The notes below the pieces were generated by a model. The model saw nothing but the letters and a program-made list of their open reading frames with translations. It was not told the DNA's origin and ran no database searches. Of a stretch of DNA of 64,000 nt, positions 18,189 to 26,696 are shown piece by piece. Where the stretch lies: NCBI GenBank assembly GCA_013203315.1, contig JABMQJ010000001.1:32001-96000 (forward strand), read 5' to 3'. The stretch's first letter is position 1. The number at the start of each line of letters is the position of its first letter. Made by a program: the position numbers and the translations under genes. This DNA comes from Candidatus Omnitrophota bacterium. Lineage in GTDB: Bacteria > Omnitrophota > Gorgyraeia > JABMRN01 > RBG-13-46-9.

Positions 18189-18854
18189 CTAAGATCGTGC
18201 TTTGCCCCGCCCCATACCTTCCCGGAGGCCAACCACCAGAAATAACATTCCGACTATCTGGATAAGATGAAAAATACCGTTGTTATCAAATTTCCAAATA
18301 AGCCGGGCAGCAATATCCTTGTTAGCTTGAAAAATTGCGGCGATGATTGTGAAGAGAACCCCGATCGCTATTAATCCGGCGCCGCCGAGTCGCTTTCGCA
18401 AGGCCAACCAGCTGTAAGCGATCAAAACAAAGGTCATGGTAATTGCCTCGTAAATAATAAAAACCAGAAAAGTTCTCGGAAAAAGCAGGTTCACCGCGTA
18501 AAAGGCTACCCCAATCGCAAGCATGACCGGAAGCATCCGACGGACAGCAGCGCGGCCCAGCATGTCGTAGATGGCCCCAAGGATAAATAAAACAACCACG
18601 AAACCCAATGCCAAAAAGAGTGGTTGCCACAGAATATTCTCTAATGCCTCGGACATTTTAAGGCCATGCAGTAATGCCCCCGATGCGGACGAAAAGGTGA
18701 CCAGCCCAAAGAACCATGACCAGATATTTGTTCTCTGCATATCACGCTGCTTGGTTCGGCGCAGGTAAAAGAGGCAAGCCGCGGCAACTAAGGCTAAAAC
18801 CGCATCTGTCACGGCTGTCGTTTGCTCTATTGGTATATTAGTGATTTCCAGCAT
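18189..18854 (-). CDS. Multi-pass membrane protein (conserved hypothetical)
   Basis: About 7 TM segments; EQTTAVTD, GALLHG, FDNNGIFHLIQ. Confidence 0.75.
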   Translation of the reverse strand: MLEITNIPIEQTTAVTDAVLALVAAACLFYLRRTKQRDMQRTNIWSWFFGLVTFSSASGALLHGLKMSEALENILWQPLFLALGFVVVLFILGAIYDMLGRAAVRRMLPVMLAIGVAFYAVNLLFPRTFLVFIIYEAITMTFVLIAYSWLALRKRLGGAGLIAIGVLFTIIAAIFQANKDIAARLIWKFDNNGIFHLIQIVGMLFLVVGLREGMGRGKARS

Positions 18855-18866
18855 TAAATTCGTAAC

Positions 18867-18882
18867 CTTAGACCGTTTTCGA
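18867..18882. repeat. Degenerate repeat A core
   Basis: CTTAGACCGTTTTCGA versus consensus CTTCGACCGTTTCAGA; same orientation and same position relative to a start codon. Confidence 0.5.
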
Positions 18883-18890
18883 TAAAATGA

Positions 18891-19529
18891 TTATCTATCT
18901 ATCAGTTTACTGACCGTCTCCATGCAATGATTCACAATCTCTTTAATAATATTTAACATATCAAGATATCGGACCTTTGCCCATTCATCACAAATTCCCT
19001 TTGCTGACCTATCTATATGGTTAAGGCGACTTTTTTCTATTAATGCGTAGAGGGATGATTTATTTTTTAAAATATTTTTGCCTAACTTCCTATCATTAGT
19101 CTTCACCGCCACAATTGTAACTGACAAAATCTCTTCTATATTGTTACATAGCTCCTTATATTCTTGCAATGCTTTGTCACTAAATAACAATTTTTCACTA
19201 ACTTTATACTCAATTCGTTCTACTAAATCTACACATAGATCTCCCATCCTCTTAATTGCGCCGATAATGCTTACCAAATCAATGACTATTTTTTTAGCTT
19301 TGCCTGATGATTTCTTTTTGGAAATTTCGATTGCTAAGGTAGTTAAATTAGTATAAGCTTCATTAATTTTTGTTTCATTCTTAAGCACCTGATCTAAGAG
19401 CTTGATATCGTTCTTCATCAAACCATTAAAGTTAGTACGAAACATTATTTGAACCCGTTCTAACATTTCTATGGTCTCTTGTCTTAATGAAGCTATTTTT
19501 CTTAATTCAGCTTTATTTAATTTGGCCAT
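18891..19529 (-). CDS. PhoU-domain protein (Na/Pi cotransporter C-terminus-like)
   Basis: Two helical PhoU-like repeats, RMGD, HIDR..KG.C, YLDML. Confidence 0.75.
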   Translation of the reverse strand: MAKLNKAELRKIASLRQETIEMLERVQIMFRTNFNGLMKNDIKLLDQVLKNETKINEAYTNLTTLAIEISKKKSSGKAKKIVIDLVSIIGAIKRMGDLCVDLVERIEYKVSEKLLFSDKALQEYKELCNNIEEILSVTIVAVKTNDRKLGKNILKNKSSLYALIEKSRLNHIDRSAKGICDEWAKVRYLDMLNIIKEIVNHCMETVSKLIDR

Positions 19530-19540
19530 AGTTTTACTCC

Positions 19541-19591
19541 CTCTTTTACCGTCTCAGAATCTAAAACCTGCCTACTACTAATATTGTAGGC
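19541..19591. repeat. Cassette-boundary repeat A+B, degenerate copy
   Basis: CTCTTTTACCGTCTCAGAATCTAAAACCTGCCTAC...GTAGGC. Confidence 0.7.
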
Positions 19592-19627
19592 TTGGCGTTG
19601 TTCAAAGTCAAGGGGCAAAAAAGTGAC

Positions 19628-19743
19628 ATTTTTGCGGGTACTGCCCTACGGAATGAGAGGGTATTGGCGTGCGGCTTGGCATTTAACGACGGAGCCCTGC
19701 CAATACCCTCTCATTCCGTTGATTGGCAGGGACTCGCAAAAAT
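19628..19743. repeat. Long hairpin repeat family E, copy 2
   Basis: Perfect 21-bp stem ACGGAATGAGAGGGTATTGGC/GCCAATACCCTCTCATTCCGT inside outer stem ATTTTTGCG/CGCAAAAAT. Confidence 0.85.
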
Positions 19744-19819
19744 ATGCTTTTATATTGAGGGGTTTTTTGTTATAATTTTAGTCATTCAAACCGATAAACT
19801 ATCAAGAAGGAGGAAATCA

Positions 19820-20476
19820 ATGAAGATATTAATTTTAATAGTAGCGATGTGCATGATGGCAGCGAATGTGTTTGCCGAGGGGGATATGGCAACGCAGGCA
19901 AGTCCTTCGGTGACGATAAAACTTCCGACGCCCGAGACGAGCGGAGGCAAACCGTTGATGCAGGCGCTGAAAGATAGAAAATCGAGTAGAAACTTTAGTG
20001 ACAAGGAGTTACCACAGCAGGTATTATCCGACCTTTTGTGGGCAGCGTTCGGCATAAACAGGCCGGATTCAGGAATGCGCACGGCACCCACAGCGCATAA
20101 TATGCAGGAAATCTATATTTTTGTGGCAATGTCCAAAGGCCTTTATCTTTATGAACCAAAGCAGCATATATTGAAGCTGATGCTAGCCGAAGATATACGC
20201 GCTGTAACCGGTATGCAGGAGTTTGTGGCAACAGCACCGGTGAACCTTATCTATGTGGCGGAATATTCCAAGATGGCCAATATAGGCAGTGAGAAAGACT
20301 TTTACTCAGCTACAGACACCGGATTTATTTCTCAGAATGTATATTTATATTGCGCATCGAAGGGCCTGGCAACAGTCGTACGCGGCTGGGTAGACAGGAA
20401 AGCTCTGGGAAAAGCAATGAACCTACGCCCCGACCAGAAGATAATCCTTGCCCAGACGGTCGGGTACGAAAAATAA
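19820..20476 (+). CDS. Nitroreductase / SagB-ThcOx family FMN oxidoreductase with signal peptide
   Basis: RKSSRNF, LLWAAFGINR, RTAPTA, DTGFISQNVYL; start moved to 19820 (AGGAGG RBS). Confidence 0.88.
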   Translation: MKILILIVAMCMMAANVFAEGDMATQASPSVTIKLPTPETSGGKPLMQALKDRKSSRNFSDKELPQQVLSDLLWAAFGINRPDSGMRTAPTAHNMQEIYIFVAMSKGLYLYEPKQHILKLMLAEDIRAVTGMQEFVATAPVNLIYVAEYSKMANIGSEKDFYSATDTGFISQNVYLYCASKGLATVVRGWVDRKALGKAMNLRPDQKIILAQTVGYEK

Positions 20477-20481
20477 CGAAG

Positions 20482-20524
20482 AGTTATTCACAGGGCAGGG
20501 CGCTCTTGGGGGTGCCCTGCTTGC
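20482..20524. repeat. REP-like hairpin family C, copy 3
   Basis: AGTTATTCACAGGGCAGGGCGCTCTTGGGGGTGCCCTGCTTGC; abuts the NYN gene stop codon. Confidence 0.85.
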
Positions 20525-21024
20525 TATAGCACGCCTTTACCCTCTAGATATTCCTCGTAATAATCAGTTACTTTTCTGTTTTTCGTTGCGCTAAACGACT
20601 TATCCGCATGCATGGCCGGTTTATTGGCATGTTTTTTGGTTTTTTGCAAGAATGTTGGGTATTCAACCCGCGCACCGTGCACGCGAGAGCCATTTCGTAC
20701 CCGGTTATCATGCGATATGACAGTTATGCTAGATGGCTCCTTCGAATTCTTCACCATGCTTATTATGCGATCATCCGCTGCTTCTTTGGCGCGCGTAAAA
20801 ACGCAGTCAATGCCGCCTATCTTTGTGCGGGAATAATCCATAAAGTCGACATCCCTCCCGTCAAATACTATAATAATTTCCGCATTAACACGGCTACGCT
20901 TCCATCCCGCCACATGCATTGCCAGGGCGCTCCTGGCTTCGGCAAGGCTTTCCTTAAGCTTCGCCGTGAGCTCCGAAATCCGGTAAATAACGTTATATCC
21001 GTCTAGTATAAATATCTTTTTCAT
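20524..21024 (-). CDS. NYN/YacP-like PIN-fold ribonuclease
   Basis: ILDGYNV, IVFDG, ADDRI, VISHD. Confidence 0.85.
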   Translation of the reverse strand: MKKIFILDGYNVIYRISELTAKLKESLAEARSALAMHVAGWKRSRVNAEIIIVFDGRDVDFMDYSRTKIGGIDCVFTRAKEAADDRIISMVKNSKEPSSITVISHDNRVRNGSRVHGARVEYPTFLQKTKKHANKPAMHADKSFSATKNRKVTDYYEEYLEGKGVL

Positions 21025-21037
21025 ATCCGTGAGTTAT

Positions 21038-21063
21038 CTTTCGACCGTTTCAGAATTTGGGCT
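21038..21063. repeat. Cassette-boundary repeat A
   Basis: CTTTCGACCGTTTCAGAATTTGGGCT. Confidence 0.85.
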
Positions 21064-21084
21064 CAACGCAGAACAGTGTATTTA

Positions 21085-21131
21085 AATTATACCCCTAAAA
21101 TAGAAACGCCTCAAGGAAAACCTTGAGGCGT
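21085..21131 (-). terminator. Intrinsic terminator overlapping a sigma70-like promoter
   Basis: ACGCCTCAAGG-TTTT-CCTTGAGGCGT followed by TTCTATTTT; contains TTGAGG-17-TATAAT. Confidence 0.7.
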
Positions 21132-21156
21132 CACGGTACACTGTTTCGTTCAAATT

Positions 21157-21984
21157 TTATTCTATATCCTCGTCTTTCCCGTTAATGAATTGCAACATGG
21201 ATGCTCTGTTTTTTTGAATACGGTTTGCAATAAGTTTCAGGGACCCTTCGTCTAACTCCGGTTTTTCTGTCTCGGTTTCGGATTGCGCGGGTGTTTCTGT
21301 AATCTTGGTGGTTACTGCAATTGTGCAACCCGTGTTACGAGACGCCTCGAGATCGCTTGAAAAAAAGTTAACCATATACGGCTTAGGGTCGTGGTACACA
21401 ATCGTCTGAACAAGCCAAGCGTCTTCATACCACATTTCACCCTTATCAAGAGGTTCTCCCGGCTGTGGCAGATGTGGCTGATTATATACAATTAACTGGA
21501 CAAGCCGGCCATCCTTATAGTTATACTCGGGATAACCGTCTATTTCGCTGGGATCTATCGGAAGGTACTCCCTTATATCCATATTGGGAAACTTCAGGTC
21601 CACCGGGTATTTTTCGTATTCTTTTTTTGGTATCAACGGTTCTCTGGGCAACTCTATTATCCTGGCAATCGGGTTTTCTAAGCCTGGCTTCGGAGCCAAA
21701 CCGCGTACGGGATCGGACCCTATGTCTTTATTAGGGTATTTAATTATCTCGAAACCCTTTTCGGGCAGCTCGATATTATCCCCTATTTCTTTTTTCACGA
21801 TCAACTCTTTTTTCGTTTCTAGCACTTCCTTAAACTGTTTCACGGATCTGCTCGGAATTTCTTTGAGTTCTTTATCTTTATATGCATTCGCTTTGCCTTT
21901 TTCGGCAAGGCAAGGACTCTGAGAAACCACAATACCCAAACAGATTACGAGCACGATAACCTTAATTGTCATTCTGCCATTCAT
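21157..21984 (-). CDS. Secreted hypothetical protein
   Basis: N-terminal signal peptide; GGGGG RBS; no recognisable domain. Confidence 0.7.
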   Translation of the reverse strand: MNGRMTIKVIVLVICLGIVVSQSPCLAEKGKANAYKDKELKEIPSRSVKQFKEVLETKKELIVKKEIGDNIELPEKGFEIIKYPNKDIGSDPVRGLAPKPGLENPIARIIELPREPLIPKKEYEKYPVDLKFPNMDIREYLPIDPSEIDGYPEYNYKDGRLVQLIVYNQPHLPQPGEPLDKGEMWYEDAWLVQTIVYHDPKPYMVNFFSSDLEASRNTGCTIAVTTKITETPAQSETETEKPELDEGSLKLIANRIQKNRASMLQFINGKDEDIE

Positions 21985-22114
21985 TTCATTTACCCCCTTC
22001 TTGCTTACGGTTTTTAAAACTCTTTACTTTCGTGTCAAAAAAATAACTCGAATCTCATACTCTATAACAAAATCACAGCTTGTTTACTCCTGTTATTTTC
22101 TGACTATTTTATTC

Positions 22115-23548
22115 TTAATTTTGCTTACTTCTTATCATTTGAGCTTCAGGGCTTCTCGGGTATTTTCGTAATACAAGCGCATAATAGTGCTCTGCTTCCT
22201 TTGTATTATTCAGTCTTTCTTCATATATAATTCCCGTAGCATACAGTGCCATGCTTGCAAACGTAGACTCGGGATATTTACGAGAGACCTTTTGGAAAGT
22301 CTCTATCGCTTTCTCGGACATGCCAAGATAGTTGTAATAGGCACCTATAAAAAGGAAGATCTGTGGCTTATGGCCCAAACTCGGATGCATGGCCATTATC
22401 GCTTCCAGCGTCCTAATTCCCTGCAAGTGTTTACTTCTGTCCTTTGTCTTTATCGCATTGTCTATTAACTCAATCGCCTTCCTAAGGTCAAGAGCGGCTT
22501 CTTTCGGCTCGAGGTCAGATATATATAATGGGGCGGGCCTTAAGAGCTCTCTTGTCCTGTATTTTCCATTACTGATTAAAAGCGCAACCTGGACTTTCTC
22601 TCCGATTTCATAGAACTCCGTCATTTCCTGCCATTCTTTTTCCAATAGCTGGCGCGGGGCCATGGGTGCCTCCCCCTTAAATACTTCTGTTGCCTCCCCG
22701 CCACCTAGTATTACCTGCTGCTGTTTAAGCGCTCCTTCTGGTATGAATGTTGACACAACCTTTACCCTGCCGTTTAATACACCAAGCCGCGTCATCATTG
22801 AGGGCTGTGCGGAAACATCTACTAAAAAATCAGTTCCCAGCGCCGTGGCTGTGGCTTCGGGAGTTGCCATGACAAAACGTGACCCCTTGAATTTTTTGCT
22901 TAAACGCACCAGCGTTTTACCTTTTTTGAGGTTGTATACTGTCTTGCCGGGCACATATTTTGGCAATAACTTCGCTATTTTTATTTCAGAATTCTGCTTA
23001 ATCCTGACCCTGTATTTATTTGTATGCGCTATGTCAACAAAAGATCCACTGTCAACGGTTAGCGTATCGTTCTTGCCGAGTAGTAGCCCTTTGGTTCCTT
23101 TGGCCCACTTACGCCCCCTATGACTGTAAATCATTACTTTGCCCTTTACCGTCACAATCTGTACGGGCTGGACCACTAAATATGTAAGAACCCCGTATGC
23201 CGACACAAACAAAAGGAGCGTTACGACAACCCTTGCAAGCATGGGCGCAGGCAGGACAAAGACTTCCCGGGTTCTTTGAAGAACGCGAGTTACAATGAAA
23301 CCTATCCTGTTTTCTTCCCTGCTTTTTAAAGTGTTACGCAGTTTTTGATTGAAGGCCCGGTCGAAAGAGGTAGACAGCTTTTCTCTATCCGCATGCCTAA
23401 TGACCAGATTCGAATTCTTTAATAAAAGGGCTGTTTTCCTGCAGGATTCGCACTCGCTAAGATGGCTCTCTACCCTTTCCCTTTCAGGGAGAGAGCACCT
23501 CTGATCTATATATCTCGATAATAATTCGAAAGGCATTTTGTGCTTCAT
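22115..23548 (-). CDS. Anti-sigma factor: zf-HC2 + TM + FecR + TPR
   Basis: LSRYID..HLSECESC, TM segment, TPEATATALGTDFLV, C-terminal TPR repeats (YPES, YPRS). Confidence 0.85.
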   Translation of the reverse strand: MKHKMPFELLSRYIDQRCSLPERERVESHLSECESCRKTALLLKNSNLVIRHADREKLSTSFDRAFNQKLRNTLKSREENRIGFIVTRVLQRTREVFVLPAPMLARVVVTLLLFVSAYGVLTYLVVQPVQIVTVKGKVMIYSHRGRKWAKGTKGLLLGKNDTLTVDSGSFVDIAHTNKYRVRIKQNSEIKIAKLLPKYVPGKTVYNLKKGKTLVRLSKKFKGSRFVMATPEATATALGTDFLVDVSAQPSMMTRLGVLNGRVKVVSTFIPEGALKQQQVILGGGEATEVFKGEAPMAPRQLLEKEWQEMTEFYEIGEKVQVALLISNGKYRTRELLRPAPLYISDLEPKEAALDLRKAIELIDNAIKTKDRSKHLQGIRTLEAIMAMHPSLGHKPQIFLFIGAYYNYLGMSEKAIETFQKVSRKYPESTFASMALYATGIIYEERLNNTKEAEHYYALVLRKYPRSPEAQMIRSKQN

Positions 23549-24132
23549 TTTACGCCACTTTTTTGCGGAATTTTAATTTTCTTTATAAACTGTTTCCGTG
23601 CCCTTGCAAGCCGCGAAGAAATTGTCTTCATATTTGTTTTCAGCACTTTGGCTGCCTCTTCGTAAGAAAGGCCTTCTATTACGCAGAGCGCAATGACATC
23701 CCTGTAAAGCGGATGAAGGCTTTTCAGGGCATTTTCTATCGCTTCCTTGAGTTCCTTATTTTTCACGAAGGAATCTGCCGAAAACCCGTCTTTCGTCAAT
23801 ACGCCTTCGAGGTTGATATCCATGTCCCCTTTTCCCGCTCGACCGGACAAAGATACCTGCCGCATCGAACTCCTTTTCTTTAATTCGTTTTTTGCCAGAT
23901 TCGAAGCTATTGTATAAATCCAGGCCTTAAAAAGCCCCCTGGGCTCGTATCTATTGATGTTAAGGTATATGTTTATAAAAACTTCCTGCGTAAGCTCTTC
24001 GGCAACCGCCCTATCGCCTATCTTTCTGTTGATGAAATTAAATATTCTTTCCTTGTACGCATTATACAATTCATCAAAGCAGGCCCGGTCGCCTTCCCTG
24101 AATTTCCTTACCAGGGCATCGTCTTTATTCAT
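23545..24132 (-). CDS. ECF RNA polymerase sigma factor
   Basis: AEELTQEVF, FKAWIYTIASN, GLSYEEAA..L...TISSRLARAR; start moved to MNKDD. Confidence 0.92.
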   Translation of the reverse strand: MNKDDALVRKFREGDRACFDELYNAYKERIFNFINRKIGDRAVAEELTQEVFINIYLNINRYEPRGLFKAWIYTIASNLAKNELKKRSSMRQVSLSGRAGKGDMDINLEGVLTKDGFSADSFVKNKELKEAIENALKSLHPLYRDVIALCVIEGLSYEEAAKVLKTNMKTISSRLARARKQFIKKIKIPQKSGVK

Positions 24133-24220
24133 TACCCTCTCTATATATATTAAACAATATTTTGTGCCGAAAACTCCACGTTCTATAGACATTCTGTATC
24201 AGCTTGCTTTTTTTGTCAAT

Positions 24221-24261
24221 AAAAAAAACGGGACTGGTTTTTACCAAATCCCGTTTTTTTT
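24221..24261. terminator. Bidirectional intrinsic terminator
   Basis: A8-CGGGACTGGT-TTTT-ACCAAATCCCG-T8. Confidence 0.85.
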
Positions 24262-24290
24262 GTTATCTGCGATTTAACGCTGATTGTTAC

Positions 24291-25844
24291 TTATTCATCT
24301 TCCTCTTCGCTTCCTGTCTCATCTTCGGCATCGTATGAGCTGAAGGCCTCCAGGAGAATTATGGCGCCTTTACCGCCTGAATAAACAGCACCCGGCGTTT
24401 CCCGGAGAATACCTTTAAATGCTTCCTGCAACTTATTTTTGTGCTGCATCCATTCGTTTTCCAACAACGAAATCTTGTTAACCCGGCCTGTGTTGAAGTT
24501 TTTTGCGAAATCCATTTTTGCGGCAGGTACTTTTCCGCGTGTCCCAAACTTTTCGGCTTTTTCAAAAAGATTATTTGGCTTTGATGCGGATCCCCCCTCC
24601 TGTATCGGGCTTTGGTTTTTGCCGGTCTTATAGGCGTAAATCGGTTGCGCTTCATATGCTGCTTTTTGATCTTCGATAACCTGTGGCTTATACAATTTAA
24701 TATCTACGCTTTCGGTTCGCTCATCGTTTAATTTTCCGGCAATCTTTTGCTTGGTAACATTGAGGCCAACGAAAATTTCCTTTATTTCTGTTATTCTTCC
24801 GGGCTCTACGCCGGGTGGCCGCGTATATGTTACTGCTATTGTCCAATCATCATTGGTAATGGTAAGGGTGTATCCTCCGCCGTAAGCTGATTCTGACAAG
24901 CTCAAAACAGTATCTCCAAACTGTTGCGGCATGGGTTGTCCCCAATAGTTTCTGGCAAACCACACCAGTATGACTCCTAAAAGCTCGCGCATTTCACCGT
25001 CCATGCGGGATACGCCAAAACCGCTACTTTCCGGGCCTTCATACCGCGAATACCAGCCCCCGTGAGGCAGCCTATAAAAGTTTCTGTATTCTTCTATATC
25101 ATCCAAATCATTGAACTCGCCATCCCCGTTTGTATCAAGGAGATTCTTTGCGAGTTCGTCCAAAAAGTCTCGTAAATCCTCGTCGATTTGACGCTGAAAA
25201 AGTTCGGCGAAGGATTCTTCAACGGGATCCCTTGCATCAACGGGATCCCTTGCATCAATAATAATAAGCTTGCTGTTTTCGTCGTCCCACTTAATCGTAA
25301 AACCATCACCGATCGGTATCTTCATAGAGACACCTTCGTCTTTCTCTTTATCCCCGTCCGGATCTCCGTTATTACCTTTAAGCGCTTCGAGCGCGCTTTC
25401 AAGATCTCTTAATCTAATATCTAATTTTTCACGAATATCTTTTTCCGAATCGTCATCCTGATATATACTGATTATATCTTCCAGAATATCCGAGAGCCCC
25501 TTGCTTGGCAGTCCCTTGTTTAGCAGATTTTCGATCTCTTTATTCAGCAAGCCTTTGTATGTTTCAAGGATTTTTGGCAAAGGCGGATCATTCTTCGGCT
25601 TTATCGTTATGGACAAGTTATCTCTGGATTTCTCAGAGAGACTATTTTTCAATTCCAGGTACTGACTCACCAGGGCTTCCCGTTGGGGGTTATATACAGC
25701 GACAATCTTGCCGGAAACCTTTGCCTTGGGCTTCTCCGAAATGCTTTTTGCGTGCGCAAAATCACAGGGAAGCGTCGAAGAGACAAAAGCCACCACCACT
25801 GACATCGCTAAAATCCTATTAAATATTCTTTTCCTGTTTAACAC
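24291..25844 (-). CDS. Secreted acidic hypothetical protein with an EF-hand/dockerin-like loop
   Basis: Signal peptide (..FAHA-K), DTNGDGEFNDLDD; GTG start with GGAG RBS. Confidence 0.7.
   Translation of the reverse strand: MLNRKRIFNRILAMSVVVAFVSSTLPCDFAHAKSISEKPKAKVSGKIVAVYNPQREALVSQYLELKNSLSEKSRDNLSITIKPKNDPPLPKILETYKGLLNKEIENLLNKGLPSKGLSDILEDIISIYQDDDSEKDIREKLDIRLRDLESALEALKGNNGDPDGDKEKDEGVSMKIPIGDGFTIKWDDENSKLIIIDARDPVDARDPVEESFAELFQRQIDEDLRDFLDELAKNLLDTNGDGEFNDLDDIEEYRNFYRLPHGGWYSRYEGPESSGFGVSRMDGEMRELLGVILVWFARNYWGQPMPQQFGDTVLSLSESAYGGGYTLTITNDDWTIAVTYTRPPGVEPGRITEIKEIFVGLNVTKQKIAGKLNDERTESVDIKLYKPQVIEDQKAAYEAQPIYAYKTGKNQSPIQEGGSASKPNNLFEKAEKFGTRGKVPAAKMDFAKNFNTGRVNKISLLENEWMQHKNKLQEAFKGILRETPGAVYSGGKGAIILLEAFSSYDAEDETGSEEEDE
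25219..25258. repeat. In-frame 18-bp tandem duplication
   Basis: TCAACGGGATCCCTTGCA x2 + TCAA; encodes DARDPV-DARDPV. Confidence 0.9.
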
Positions 25845-26053
25845 TTTTTTAACTCCGTTCTAAAGTGGGTAAAAAAAATACCCCTCACACACGGTGTGCC
25901 TTGTATATACAAGTGTACCATAAATTAAAGGGTCTTGTGGGGGGAAATATCTTACTTTTTTATAGCCTAACAAGGTTAAGTGGCATTAGGAATTATTCTA
26001 GGGACGGTTCTCGCTAAGTCTTTTATTTACAGTTGGTTGCGGATTGCTTCATC

Positions 26054-26097
26054 TACTCTTGTACCGTTTCGGGCGCTCTTGGGGGTGTCCTGCTTGT
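26054..26097. repeat. Fused half of repeat A + family C hairpin
   Basis: TACTCTTGTACCGTTTC joined to GGGCGCTCTTGGGGGTGTCCTGCTTG. Confidence 0.8.
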
Positions 26098-26331
26098 TCA
26101 CTTCCCCTTTGACCCTCTAATTGCCCAGAGGATAAGACGGATAAGTAAATAGACGGGGTATCCGAGAAGCATAAACATGAACGCGAATGTGACTATTTGC
26201 TGACCGGCTTGTTCACCAACTATTGCAAACTCGGTCATACGCAGGGCAAATATGACAATTGCGGATATGACCACGATGCCGAGCAATATGAGCCCTTCCT
26301 TCTTTATGATTTTTTTTATACCATCTTTCAT
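26098..26331 (-). CDS. Small 2-TM membrane protein
   Basis: Two hydrophobic helices; AAGGAG RBS. Confidence 0.65.
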   Translation of the reverse strand: MKDGIKKIIKKEGLILLGIVVISAIVIFALRMTEFAIVGEQAGQQIVTFAFMFMLLGYPVYLLIRLILWAIRGSKGK

Positions 26332-26344
26332 CCAGACATCTCCT

Positions 26345-26418
26345 TGCCTGCCGGCAGGCAGACTTTAATTAGGCCCCAGGGACAGTTCTTAATCTGTCCC
26401 TTGCCTGAACCGTTCCTA
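26345..26418. repeat. Family B palindrome plus GGGACAG..CTGTCCC hairpin and GAACCGTTCC motif
   Basis: TGCCTGCCGGCAGGCA; GGGACAGTTCTTAATCTGTCCC; GAACCGTTCCTA. Confidence 0.7.
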
Positions 26419-26433
26419 TTTTCAATTTTTGAC

Positions 26434-26661
26434 TTACAGCTCGAACTTGCTTTTATCTACTCTCGCGGTTTTAGAAAATTTTTCTTTAACACCATCCAGA
26501 GTATCCTGGAGAGCCTTAAATATTTTCTCCACCTCTTCCGGCGTGGATTCGTAACCGGCACCCGATAAATTACCCAACAGTTCTATCTTCTTTATCGCAT
26601 TCGTTACCCTCTGCGTCGCGAGTCTTTTAAACTTATCATGTTTGCTTTCAGATTCTGCCAT
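26434..26661 (-). CDS. Small conserved hypothetical protein
   Basis: KHDKFKRLATQRVTNAIKKIELLGNLS...Y; GAGG RBS. Confidence 0.75.
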   Translation of the reverse strand: MAESESKHDKFKRLATQRVTNAIKKIELLGNLSGAGYESTPEEVEKIFKALQDTLDGVKEKFSKTARVDKSKFEL

Positions 26662-26696
26662 ATTTTCCTCCTTTTTTTAAAATCGTTATTGTTTAG

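Noticed and set aside
18171-18190. Possible degenerate B repeat between the zf-TFIIB gene and the membrane gene
   Set aside because: GCTACCGCCGGGACAGGC is too diverged to call, and no A core is adjacent.
19592-19819. N-terminal extension of the nitroreductase ORF
   Set aside because: It reads through hairpin E. A strong RBS and a signal peptide begin at 19820.
14751-20492. DnaA boxes as oriC
   Set aside because: Only two isolated boxes about 5.7 kb apart, both inside repeat C; no box cluster and no dnaA context.
26646-26658. Reverse-orientation copy of repeat A (TTCAGATTCTG)
   Set aside because: A short match made by the first codons of 26434-26661; it lacks the CGGTCGAA part.
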